64,000 nucleotides of DNA from Eledone cirrhosa (Eukaryota), in assembly GCA_964016885.1 (NCBI GenBank), contig OZ024762.1, forward strand, positions 29,326,001 through 29,390,000. The letters are read 5' to 3'. The notes beneath the pieces were generated by a model. That model was not told where the DNA came from, did no database searches, and worked only from the letters and a program-made list of their open reading frames with translations. Shown here piece by piece: positions 22,901 to 35,430 of the stretch. Each line of letters starts with the position of its first letter. The first letter of the stretch is position 1. A program made the position numbers and the translations under genes.

Positions 22901-25900
22901 TAGGGTGGTGGGTTGGCAGTATTGGTAGAGGGTCAGATGTCATGTTAGGGTGGTGGGTTGGCAGTATTGGTAGAGGGTAAGATGTCAGGTTAGGGTGGTG
23001 GGTTGGCAGTAAGGGTAGAGGGTCAGATGTCAGGTTAGGGTGGTGGGTTGCCAGTATTGGTAGAGGGTCAGATGTCAGGTTAGGGTGGTGGGTTGGCAGT
23101 ATTGGTAGAGGGTCAGATGTCAGGTTAGGGTGGTGGGTTGGCAGTATTGGTAGAGGGTCAGATGTCAGGTTAGGGTGGTGGGTTGGCGGTAAGGGTAGAG
23201 GGTCAGATGTCAGGTTAGGGTGGTGGGTTGGCAGTATTGGTAGAGGGTCAGATGTCATGTTAGGGTGTTGGGTTGGCAGTATTGGTAGAGGGTCAGATGT
23301 CATGTTAGGGTGGTGGGTTGGCAGTATTGATAGAGGATCAGAAGTCATGTTAGGGTGGTGGGTTGGCAGTATTGGTAGAGGGTCAGATGTCAGGTTAGGG
23401 TGGTGGTTTGGCAGAATTGGTAGAGGGTCAGATGTCATGTTAGGGTGGTGGGTTTGCAGTATTGGTAGAGGGTCAGATGTCAGGTTAGGGTGGTGGGTTG
23501 GCAGTATTGGTAGAGGGTCACATGTCAGGTTAGGGTGGTGGTTTGGCAGTATTGGTAGAGGGTCAGATGTCAGGTTAGGGTGGTGGTTTGGCAGTATTGG
23601 TAGAGGGTCAGATGTCATGTTAGGGTGGTGGTTTGTCACTAAGGGTAGAGGGTCAGATGTCATGTTAGGGTGGTGGGTTGGCAGTATTGGTAGAGGGTCA
23701 GACGCCATGTTAGGGTGGTGGGTTGGCAGTATTGGTAGAGGGTCAGATGTCATGTTAGGGTGGTGGGTTGGCAGTATTGGTAGAGGGTCAGATGTCATGT
23801 TAGGGTGGTGGGTTGGCAGTATTGGTAGAGGGTCAGATGTCAGGTTAGTGTGGTGGGTTGGCAGTAAGGGTAGAGGGTCAGATATCAGGTTAGGGTGGTG
23901 GGTTGCCAGTATTGGTAGAGGGTCAGATGTCAGGTTAGGGTGGTGGGTTGGCAGTATTGGTAGAGGGTCAGATGTCAGGTTAGGGTGGTGGGTTGGCAGT
24001 ATTGGTAGAGGGTCAGACGCCATGTTAGGGTGGTGGGTTGGCAGTATTGGTAGAGGGTCAGATGTCATGTTAGGGTGGTGGGTTGGCAGTATTGGTAGAG
24101 GGTCAGATGTCATGTTAGGGTGGTGGGTTGGCAGTATTGGTAGAGGGTCAGATGTCAGGTTAGGGTGGTGGGTTGGCAGTAAGGGTAGAGGGTCAGATGT
24201 CAGGTTAGGGTGGTGGGTTGCCAGTATTGGTAGAGGGTCAGATGTCAGGTTAGGCTGGTGGGTTGGCCGTATTGGTAGAGGGTCAGATGTCAGGTTAGGG
24301 TGGTGGGTTGGCAGTATTGGTAGAGGGTCAGATGTCATGTTAGGGTGGTGGGTTGGCAGTATTGGTAGAGGGTCAGATGTCAGGTTATGGTGGTGGGTTG
24401 GCAGTAAGGGTAGAGGGTCAGATGTCAGGTTAGGGTGGTGGGTTGCCAGTATTGGTAGAGGGTCAGATGTCAGGTTAGGGTGGTGGGTTGGCAGTATTGG
24501 TAGAGGGTCCGATGTCAGGTTAGGGTGGTGGGTTGGCAGTATGGGTAGAGTGTCAGACACCATGTTAGGGTGGTGGGTTGGCATAAAGGGTAGAGGGTCA
24601 GACACCATGTTAGGGTGATGGGTTGGCAGTAAGGGTAGAGGGTCAGATGCCATGTTAGGGTGGTGGGTTGGCAGTAAGGGTAGAGGGTCAGATGCCATGT
24701 TATGGTGGTGGGTTGGCAGTAAGAGTAGAGGGTCAGATGTCATGTTAGGGTGGTGGTTTGGCAGTAAGGGTAGAGGGTCAGATGTCAGGTTAGGGTGGTG
24801 GGTTGTCAGTAAGGGTAGAGGGTCAGATGTCAGGTTAGGGTGATGGGTTGGCAGTAAGGGTAGAGGGTCAGATGTCAGGTTAGGGTGGTGGGTTGTCAGT
24901 AAGGGTAGAGGGTCAGATGTCAGGTTAGGGTGGTGGGTTGTCAGTAAGGGTAGAGGGTCAGATGTCAGGTTAGGGTGGTGGGTTGGCAGTAAGGGTAGAG
25001 GGTCAGATGTCAGGTTAGGGTGGTGGGTTGGCAGTAAGGGTAGAGGGTCAGATGTCAGGTTAGGGTGGTGGGTTGGCAGAAGGGTAGAGGGTTAGATGTC
25101 ATGTTAGGGTGGTGGGTTGGCAGTAAGGGTAGAGGGTCAGACACCATGTTAGGGTGGTGGGTTGGCAGTTAGGGTAGAGGGTCAGATGTCATGTTATGGT
25201 GGTGGGTTGGCAGTAAGGGTAGAGGGTCAGATGTCAGGTTAGGGTGGTGGGTTGTCAGTAAGGGTAGAGGGTCAGATGTCAGGTTAGGGTGGTGGGTTGG
25301 CAGTAAGGGTAGAGGGTCAGATGTCATGTTAGGGTGGTGGGTTTGCAGTATTGGTAGAGGGTCAGATGTCAGGTTAGGGTGGTGGGTTGGCAGTATTGGT
25401 AGAGGGTCACATGTCAGGTTAGGGTGGTGGTTTGGCAGTATTGGTAGAGGGTCAGATGTCAGGTTAGGGTGGTGGTTTGGCAGTAAGGGTAGAGGGTCAG
25501 ATGTCATGTTAGGGTGGTGGGTTGGCAGGAAGGGTAGAGGGTTAGATGTCATGTTAGGGTGGTGGGTTGGCAGTATTGGTAGAGGGCCAGACGCCATGTT
25601 AGGGTGGGGGGTTGGCAGTATTGGTAGAGGGTCAGATGTCATGTTAGGGTGGTGGGTTGGCAGTATTGGTAGAGGGTCAGATGTCATGTTAGGGTGGTGG
25701 GTTGGCAGTATTGGTAGAGGGTCAGATGTCAGGTTAGGGTGGTGGGTTGGCAGTATTGGTAGAGGGTCAGACGCCATGTTAGGGTGGTGGGTTGGCAGTA
25801 TTGGTAGAGGGTCAGATGTCATGTTAGGGTGGTGGGTTGGCAGAATTGGTAGAGGGTCAGATCTCATGTTAGGGTGGTGGGTTGGCAGTATTGGTAGAGG

Positions 25901-26972
25901 GTCAGATGTCAGGTTAGGGTGGTGGGTTGGCAGTAAGGGTAGAGGGTCAGATGTCAGGTTAGGGTGGTGGGTTACCAGTATTGGTAGAGGGTCAGATGTC
26001 AGGTTAGGGTGGTGGGTTGGCAGTATTGGTAGAGGGTCAGATGTCAGGTTAGGGTGGTGGGTTGGCAGTATTGGTAGAGGGTCAGATGTCATGTTAGGGT
26101 GGTGGGTTGGCAGTATTGGTAGAGGGTCAGATGTCAGGTTATGGTGGTGGGTTGGCAGTAAGGGTAGAGGGTCAGATGTCAGGTTAGGGTGGTGGGTTGC
26201 CAGTATTGGTAGAGGGTCAGATGTCAAGTTAGGGTGGTGGGTTGGCAGTATTGGTAGAGGGTCCGATGTCAGGTTAGGGTGGTGGGTTGGCAGTAAGGGT
26301 AGAGTGTCAGACACCATGTTAGGGTGGTGGGTTGGCATAAAGGGTAGAGGGTCAGACACCATGTTAGGGTGATGGGTTGGCAGTAAGGGTAGAGGGTCAG
26401 ATGCCATGTTAGGGTGGTGGGTTGGCAGTAAGGGTAGAGGGTCAGATGCCATGTTATGGTGGTGGGTTGGCAGTAAAGGTAGAGGGTCAGATGTCATGTT
26501 AGGGTGGTGGTTTGGCAGTAAGGGTAGAGGGTCAGATGTCAGGTTAGGGTGGTGGGTTGTCAATAAGGGTAGAGGGTCAGATGCCAGGTTAGGGTGGTGG
26601 GTTGGCAGTAAGGGTAGAGGGTCAGATGTCAGGTTAGGGTGGTGGGTTGTCAGTAAGGGTAGAGGGTCAGATGTCAGGTTAGGGTGGTGGGTTGTCAGTA
26701 AGGGTAGAGGGTCAGATGTCAGATTAGGGTGGTGGGTTGGCAGTAAGGGTAGAGGGTCAGATGTCAGGTTAGGGTGGTGGGTTGGCAGTAAGGGTAGAGG
26801 GTCAGATGTCAGGTTAGGGTGGTGGGTTGGCAGTAAGGGTAGAGGGTCAGATGTCATGTTAGGGTGGTGGGTTGGCAGTAAGGGTAGAGGGTCAGATGTC
26901 ATGTTAGGGTGGTGGTTTGGCAGTAAGGGTAGAGGGTCAGACACCATGTTAGGGTGGTGGGTTGGCAGTTAG
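15587..26972 (+). repeat. Tandem duplication of about 5.6-5.75 kb (about 15587-21345 vs 21345-26969) with whole-monomer indels
   Basis: Shared private variants: TAGGCTGG..GGCCGT (about 18587/24255), GATCTC (20281/25860), GTCAAG (20644/26223), CAGATTAGGG (21141/26720) and a shared 1-nt deletion (19410/25079). Offsets 5579-5758 step in multiples of 45 (+/-1). Confidence 0.88.
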
Positions 26973-29900
26973 GGTAGAGGGTCAGATGTCATGTTATGGT
27001 GGTGGGTTGGCAGTAAGGGTAGAGGGTCAGATGTCAGGTTAGGGTGGTGGGTTGTCAGTAAGGGTAGAGGGTCAGATGTCAGGTTAGGGTGGTGGGTTGG
27101 CAGTAAGGGTAGAGGGTCAGATGTCATGTTAGGGTGGTGGGTTTGCAGTATTGGTAGAGGGTCAGATGTCAGGTTAGGGTGGTGGGTTGGCAGTATTGGT
27201 AGAGGGTCACATGTCAGGTTAGGGTGGTGGTTTGGCAGTATTGGTAGAGGGTCAGATGTCAGGTTAGGGTGGTGGTTTGGCAGTATTGGTAGAGGGTCAG
27301 ATGTCATGTTAGGGTGGTGGTTTGGCAGTAAGGGTAGAGGGTCAGATGTCATGTTAGGGTGGTGGGTTGGCAGTATTGATAGAGGGTCAGATGTCATGTT
27401 AGGGTGGTGGGTTGGCAGTATTGGTAGAGGGTCAGATGTCATGTTAGGGTGGTGGGTTGGCAATATTGGTAGAGGGTCAGATGTCAGGTTAGGGTGGTGG
27501 GTTGGCAGTAAGGGTAGAGGGTCAGATGTCAGGTTAGGGTTGTGGGTTGCCAGTATTGGTAGAGGGTCAGATGTCAGGTTAGGGTGGTGGGTTGGCAGTA
27601 TTGGTAGAGGGTCAGATGTCAGGTTAGGGTGGTGGGTTGGCAGTATTGGTAGAGGGTCAGACGCCATGTTAGGGTGGTGGGTTGGCAGTATTGGTAGAGG
27701 GTCAGATGTCATGTTAGGGTGGTGGGTTGGCAGTATTGGTAGAGGGTCAGATGTCATGTTAGGGTGATGGGTTGGCAGTATTGGTAGAGGGTCAGATGTC
27801 AGGTTAGGGTGGTGGGTTGGCAGTAAGGGTAGAGCGTCAGATGTCAGGTTAGGGTGGTGGGTTGCCAGTATTGGTAGAGGGTCAGATGTCAGGTTAGGGT
27901 GGTGGGTTGGCAATATTGGTAGAGGGTCAGATGTCAGGTTAGGGTGGTGGGTTGGCAGTATTGGTAGAGGGTCAGACGCCATGTTAGGGTGGTGGGTTGG
28001 CAGTATTGGTAGAGGGTCAGATGTCATGTTAGGGTGGTGGGTTGGCAGTATTGGTAGAGGGTCAGATGTCATGTTAGGGTGGTGGGTTGGCAGTATTGGT
28101 AGAGGGTCAGATGTCAGGTTAGGGTGGTGGGTTGGCAGTAAGGGTAGAGGGTCAGATGTCAGGTTAGGGTGGTGGGTTGCCAGTATTGGTAGAGGGTCAG
28201 ATGTCAGGTTAGGGTGGTGGGTTGGCAGTATTGGTAGAGGGTCAGATGTCAGGTTAGGGTGGTGGGTTGGCAGTATTGGTAGAGGGTCAGATGTCAGGTT
28301 AGGGTGGTGGGTTGGCAGTAAGGGTAGAGGGTCAGATGTCAGGTTAGGGTGGTGGGTTGGCAGTATTGGTAGAGGGTCAGATGTCATGTTAGGGTGGTGG
28401 GTTGGCAGTATTGGTAGAGGGTCAGATGTCATGTTAGGGTGGTGGGTTGGCAGTATTGGTAGAGGATCAGAAGTCATGTTAGGGTGGTGGGTTGGCAGTA
28501 TTGGTAGAGGGTCAGATGTCAGGTTAGGGTGGTGGTTTGGCAGTATTGGTAGAGGGTCAGATGTCATGTTAGGGTGGTGGGTTTGCAGTATTGGTAGAGG
28601 GTCAGATGTCAGGTTAGGGTGGTGGTTTGGCAGTATTGGTAGAGGGTCACATGTCAGGTTAGGGTGGTGGTTTGGCAGTATTGGTAGAGGGTCAGATGTC
28701 AGGTTAGGGTGGTGGTTTGGCACTATTGGTAGAGGGTCAGATGTCATGTTAGGGTGGTGGTTTGGCAGTAAGGGTAGAGGGTCAGATGTCATGTTAGGGT
28801 GGTGGGTTGGCAGGAAGGGTAGAGGGTCAGATGTCATGTTAGGGTGGTGGGTTGGCAGTATTGGTAGAGGGTCAGACGCCATGTTAGGGTGGTGGGTTGG
28901 CAGTATTGGTAGAGGGTCAGATGTCATGTTAGGGTGGTGGGTTGGCAGTATTGGTAGAGGGTCAGATGTCATGTTAGGGTGGTGTGTTGGCAGTATTGGT
29001 AGAGGGTCAGATGTCAGGTTAGGGTGGTGGGTTGGCAGTAAGGGTAGAGGGTCAGATGTCAGGTTAGGGTTGTGGGTTGCCAGTATTGGTAGAGGGTCAG
29101 ATGTCAGGTTAGGGTGGTGGGTTGGCAGTATTGGTAGAGGGTCAGATGTCAGGTTAGGGTGGTGGGTTGCCAGTATTGGTAGAGGGTCAGACGCCATGTT
29201 AGGGTGGTGGGTTGGCAGTATTGGTAGAGGGTCAGATGTCATGTTAGGGTGGTGGGTTGGCAGTATTGGTAGAGGGTCAGATGTCATGTTAGGGTGGTGG
29301 GTTGGCAGTATTGGTAGAGGGTCAGATGTCAGGTTAGGGTGGTGGGTTGGCAGTAAGGGTAGAGGGTCAGATGTCAGGTTAGGGTGGTGGGTTGCCAGTA
29401 TTGGTAGAGGGTCAGATGTCAGGTTAGGGTGGTGGGTTGGCAGTATTGGTAGAGGGTCAGATGTCAGGTTAGGGTGGTGGGTTGGCAGTATTGGTAGAGG
29501 GTCAGATGTCAGGTTAGCGTGGTGGGTTGGCAGTATTGGTAGAGGGTCAGATGTCATGTTAGGGTGGTGGGTTGGCAGTATTGGTAGAGGGTCAGATGTC
29601 ATGTTAGGGTGGTGGGTTGGCAGTATTGGTAGAGGGTCAGATGTCATGTTAGGGTGGTGGGTTGGCAGTATTGGTAGAGGGTCAGAAGTCATGTTAGGGT
29701 GGTGGGTTGGCAGTATTGGTAGAGGGTCAGATGTCATGTTAGGGTGGTGGGTTGGCAGTATTGGTAGAGGGTCAGATGTCATGTTAGGGTGGTGGGTTGG
29801 CAGTATTGGTAGAGGGTCAGATGTCAGGTTAGGGTGGTGGGTTGGCAGTAAGGGTAGAGGGTCAGATGTCAGGTTAAGGTGGTGGGTTGTCAGTATTGGT

Positions 29901-32900
29901 AGAGGGTCAGATGTCAGGTTAGGGTGGTGGGTTGGCAGTATTGGTAGAGGGTCAGATGTCAGGTTAGGGTGGTGGGTTGGCAGTATTGGTAGAGGGTCAG
30001 ATGTCAGGTTAGGGTGGTGGGTTGGCAGTATTGGTAGAGGGTCAGATGTCATGTTAGGGTGGTGGGTTGGCAGTATTGGTAGAGGGTCAGATGTCATGTT
30101 AGGGTGGTGGGTTGGCAGTATTGGTAGAGGATCAGAAGTCATGTTAGGGTGGTGGGTTGGCAGTATTGGTAGAGGGTCAGATGTCAGGTTAGGGTGGTGG
30201 TTTGGCAGTATTGGTAGAGGGTCAGATGTCATGTTAGGGTGGTGGGTTGGCAGGAAGGGTAGAGGGTCAGATGTCAGGTTAGGGTGGTGGGTTGGCAGTA
30301 TTGGTAGAGGGTCAGATGTCATGTTAGGGTGGTGGGTTGGCAGTATTGGTAGAGGGTCAGATGTCATGTTAGGGTGGTGGGTTGGCAGTATTGGTAGAGG
30401 ATCAGAAGTCATGTTAGGGTGGTGGGTTGGCAGTATTGGTAGAGGGTCAGATGTCAGGTTAGGGTGGTGGTTTGGCAGAATTGGTAGAGGGTCAGATGTC
30501 ATGTTAGGGTGGTGGTTTGGCAGTAAGGGTAGAGGGTCAGATGTCATGTTAGGGTGGTGGGTTGGCAGTAATGGTAGAGGGTCAGATGTCATGTTAGGGT
30601 GGTGGGTTGGCAGTATTGGTAGAGGGTCAGACGCCATGTTAGGGTGGTGGGTTGGCAGTATTGGTAGAGGGTCAGATGTCATGTTAGGGTGGTGGGTTGG
30701 CAGTATTGGTAGAGGGTCAGATGTCATGTTAGGGTGGTGGGTTGGCAGTATTGGTAGAGGTTCAGATGTCAGGTTAGGGTGGTGGGTTGGCAGTAAGAGT
30801 AGAGGGTCAGATGTCAGGTTAGGGTGGTGGGTTGCCAGTATTGGTAGAGGGTCAGATGTCAGGTTAGGGTGGTGGGTTGGCAGTATTGGTAGAGGGTCAG
30901 ATGTCAGGTTAGGGTGGTGGGTTGGCAGTATTGGTAGAGGGTCAGATGTCAGGTGAGGGTGGTGGGTTGGCAGTAAGGGTAGAGGGTCAGATGTCAGGTT
31001 AGGGTGGTGGGTTGGCAGTAAGGGTAGAGGGTCAGATGTCAGGTTAGGGTGGTGGGTTGTCAATAAGGGTAGAGGGTCAGATGTCAGGTTAGGGTGGTGG
31101 GTTGGCAGTAAGGGTAGAGGGTCAGATGTCAGGTTAGGGTGGTGGGTTGTCAGTAAGGGTAGAGGGTCAGATGTCAGGTTAGGGTGGTGGTTGTCAGTAA
31201 GGGTAGAGGGTCAGATGTCAGGTTAGGGTGGTGGGTTGGCAGTAAGGGTAGAGGGTCAGATGTCAGGTTAGGTTGGTGGGTTGGCAGTAAGGGTAGAGGG
31301 TCAGATGTCAGGTTAGGGTGGTGGGTTGGCAGTAAGGGTAGAGGGTCAGATGTCATGTTAGGGTGGTGGGTTGGCAGTAAGGGTAGAGGGTCAGATGTCA
31401 TGTTAGGGTGGTGGTTTGGCAGTAAGGGTAGAGGGTCAGACACCATGTTAGGGTGGTGGGTTGGCAGTTAGGGTAGAGGGTCAGATGTCATGTTATGGTG
31501 GTGGGTTGGCAGTAAGGGTAGAGGGTCAGATGTCAGGTTAGGGTGGTGGGTTGTCAGTAAGGGTAGAGGGTCAGATGTCAGGTTAGGGTGGTGGGTTGGC
31601 AGTAAGGGTAGAGGGTCAGATGTCATGTTAGGGTGGTGGGTTTGCAGTATTGGTAGAGGGTCAGATGTCAGGTTAGGGTGGTGGGTTGGCAGTATTGGTA
31701 GAGGGTCACATGTCAGGTTAGGGTGGTGGTTTGGCAGTATTGGTAGAGGGTCAGATGTCAGGTTAGGGTGGTGGTTTGGCAGTATTGGTAGAGGGTCAGA
31801 TGTCATGTTAGGGTGGTGGTTTGGCAGTAAGGGTAGAGGGTCAGATGTCATGTTAGGGTGGTGGGTTGGCAGGAAGGGTAGAGGGTCAGATGTCATGTTA
31901 GGGTGGTGGGTTGGCAGTATTGGTAGAGGGTCAGACGCCATGTTAGGGTGGTGGGTTGGCAGTATTGGTAGAGGGTCAGATGTCATGTTAGGGTGGTGGG
32001 TTGGCAGTATTGGTAGAGGGTCAGATGTCATGTTAGGGTGGTGGGTTGGCAATATTGGTAGAGGGTCAGATGTCAGGTTAGGGTGGTGGGTTGGCAGTAA
32101 GGGTAGAGGGTCAGATGTCAGGTTAGGGTTGTGGGTTGCCAGTATTGGTAGAGGGTCAGATGTCAGGTTAGGGTGGTGGGTTGGCAGTATTGGTAGAGGG
32201 TCAGATGTCAGGTTAGGGTGGTGGGTTGGCAGTATTGGTAGAGGGTCAGACGCCATGTTAGGGTGGTGGGTTGGCAGTATTGGTAGAGGGTCAGATGTCA
32301 TGTTAGGGTGGTGGGTTGGCAGTATTGGTAGAGGGTCAGATGTCATGTTAGGGTGATGGGTTGGCAGTATTGGTAGAGGGTCAGATGTCAGGTTAGGGTG
32401 GTGGGTTGGCAGTAAGGGTAGAGCGTCAGATGTCAGGTTAGGGTGGTGGGTTGCCAGTATTGGTAGAGGGTCAGATGTCAGGTTAGGGTGGTGGGTTGGC
32501 AATATTGGTAGAGGGTCAGATGTCAGGTTAGGGTGGTGGGTTGGCAGTATTGGTAGAGGGTCAGACGCCATGTTAGGGTGGTGGGTTGGCAGTATTGGTA
32601 GAGGGTCAGATGTCATGTTAGGGTGGTGGGTTGGCAGTATTGGTAGAGGGTCAGATGTCATGTTAGGGTGGTGGGTTGGCAGTATTGGTAGAGGGTCAGA
32701 TGTCAGGTTAGGGTGGTGGGTTGGCAGTAAGGGTAGAGGGTCAGATGTCAGGTTAGGGTGGTGGGTTGGCAGTATTGGTAGAGGGTCAGATGTCATGTTA
32801 GGGTGGTGGGTTGGCAGTATTGGTAGAGGGTCAGATGTCATGTTAGGGTGGTGGGTTGGCAGTATTGGTAGAGGATCAGAAGTCATGTTAGGGTGGTGGG

Positions 32901-35430
32901 TTGGCAGTATTGGTAGAGGGTCAGATGTCAGGTTAGGGTGGTGGTTTGGCAGTATTGGTAGAGGGTCAGATGTCATGTTAGGGTGGTGGGTTTGCAGTAT
33001 TGGTAGAGGGTCAGATGTCAGGTTAGGGTGGTGGGTTGGCAGTATTGGTAGAGGGTCACATGTCAGGTTAGGGTGGTGGTTTGGCAGTATTGGTAGAGGG
33101 TCAGATGTCAGGTTAGGGTGGTGGTTTGGCAGTATTGGTAGAGGTCAGATGTCATGATAGGGTGGTGGGTTGGCAGTAAGGGTAGAGGGTCAGATGTCAT
33201 GTTAGGGTGGTGGGTTGGCAGGAAGGGTAGAGGGTCAGATGTCATGTTAGGGTGGCGGGTTGGCAGTATTGCTAGAGGGTCAGACGCCATGTTAGGGTGG
33301 TGGGTTGGCAGTATTGGTAGAGGGTCAGATGTCATGTTAGGGTGGTGGGTTGGCAGTATTGGTAGAGGGTCAGATGTCATGTTAGGATGGTGGGTTGGCA
33401 GTATTGGTAGAGGGTCAGATGTCAGGTTAGGGTGGTGGGTTGGCAGTAAGGGTAGAGGGTCAGATGTCAGGTTAGGGTTGTGGGTTGCCAGTATTGGTAG
33501 AGGGTCAGATGTCAGGTTAGGGTGGTGGGTTGGCAGTATTGGTAGAGGGTCAGATGTCAGGTTAGGGTGGTGGGTTGGCAGTATTGGTAGAGGGTCAGAT
33601 GTCAGGTTAGCGTGGTGGGTTGGCAGTAAGGGTAGAGGGTCAGATGTCAGGTTAGGGTGGTGGGTTGGCAGTATTGGTAGAGGGTCAGATGTCATGTTAG
33701 GGTGGTGGGTTGGCAGTATTGGTAGAGGGTCAGATGTCATGTTAGGGTGGTGGGTTGGCAGTATTGGTAGAGGGTCAGAAGTCATGTTAGGGTGGTGGGT
33801 TGGCAGTATTGGTAGAGGGTCAGATGTCATGTTAGGGTGGTGGGTTGGCAGTATTGGTAGAGGGTCAGATGTCATGTTAGGGTGGTGGGTTGGCAGTATT
33901 GGTAGAGGGTCAGATGTCAGGTTAGGGTGGTGGGTTGGCAGTAAGGGTAGAGGGTCAGATGTCAGGTTAAGGTGGTGGGTTGTCAGTATTGGTAGAGGGT
34001 CAGATGTCAGGTTAGGGTGGTGGGTTGGCAGTATTGGTAGAGGGTCAGATGTCAGGTTAGGGTGGTGGGTTGGCAGTATTGGTAGAGGGTCAGATGTCAG
34101 GTTAGGGTGGTGGGTTGGCAGTAAGGGTAGAGGGTCAGATGTCAGGTTAGGGTGGTGGTTTGGCAGTATTGGTAGAGGGTCAGATGTCATGTTAGGGTGG
34201 TGGGTTGGCAGGAAGGGTAGAGGGTCAGATGTCAGGTTAGGGTGGTGGGTTGGCAGTATTGGTAGAGGGTCAGATGTCATGTTAGGGTGGTGGGTTGGCA
34301 GTATTGGTAGAGGGTCAGATGTCATGTTAGGGTGGTGGGTTGGCAGTATTGGTAGAGGATCAGAAGTCATGTTAGGGTGGTGGGTTGGCAGTATTGGTAG
34401 AGGGTCAGATGTCAGGTTAGGGTGGTGGTTTGGCAGTATTGGTAGAGGGTCAGATGTCATGTTAGGGTGGTGGTTTGGCAGTAAGGGTAGAGGGTCAGAT
34501 GTCATGTTAGGGTGGTGGGTTGGCAGTAAGGGTAGAGGGTCAGATGTCATGTTAGGGTGGTGGGTTGGCAGTATTGGTAGAGGGTCAGACGCCATGTTAG
34601 GGTGGTGGGTTGGCAGTATTGGTAGAGGGTCAGATGTCATGTTAGGGTGGTGGGTTGGCAGTATTGGTAGAGGGTCAGATGTCATGTTAGGGTGGTGGGT
34701 TGGCAGTATTGGTAGAGGTTCAGATGTCAGGTTAGGGTGGTGGGTTGGCAGTAAGAGTAGAGGGTCAGATGTCAGGTTAGGGTGGTGGGTTGCCAGTATT
34801 GGTAGAGGGTCAGATGTCAGGTTAGGGTGGTGGGTTGGCAGTATTGGTAGAGGGTCAGATGTCAGGTTAGGGTGGTGGGTTGGCAGTATTGGTAGAGGGT
34901 CAGATGTCAGGTGAGGGTGGTGGGTTGGCAGTAAGGGTAGAGGGTCAGATGTCAGGTTAGGGTGGTGGGTTGGCAGTAAGGGTAGAGGGTCAGATGTCAG
35001 GTTAGGGTGGTGGGTTGTCAATAAGGGTAGAGGGTCAGATGTCAGGTTAGGGTGGTGGGTTGGCAGTAAGGGTAGAGGGTCAGATGTCAGGTTAGGGTGG
35101 TGGGTTGTCAGTAAGGGTAGAGGGTCAGATGTCAGGTTAGGGTGGTGGGTTGTCAGTAAGGGTAGAGGGTCAGATGTCAGGTTAGGGTGGTGGGTTGGCA
35201 GTAAGGGTAGAGGGTCAGATGTCAGGTTAGGTTGGTGGGTTGGCAGTAAGGGTAGAGGGTCAGATGTCAGGTTAGGGTGGTGGGTTGGCAGTAAGGGTAG
35301 AGGGTCAGATGTCATGTTAGGGTGGTGGGTTGGCAGTAAGGGTAGAGGGTCAGATGTCATGTTAGGGTGGTGGTTTGGCAGTAAGGGTAGAGGGTCAGAC
35401 ACCATGTTAGAGTGGTGGGTTGGCAGTTAG
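26969..35430 (+). repeat. Tandem duplication of about 4.0-4.5 kb (about 26969-31468 vs 31468-35427)
   Basis: Shared variants in the same order: GCAATATT, AGAGCGTC (about 27831/32420), TTAGCGT (29514/33607), TTAAGGT (29874/33967), AGAGGTTCAG, TAAGAGT, GTGAGGG (30953/34911) and TTAGGTTGG (31268/35227). Confidence 0.85.
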
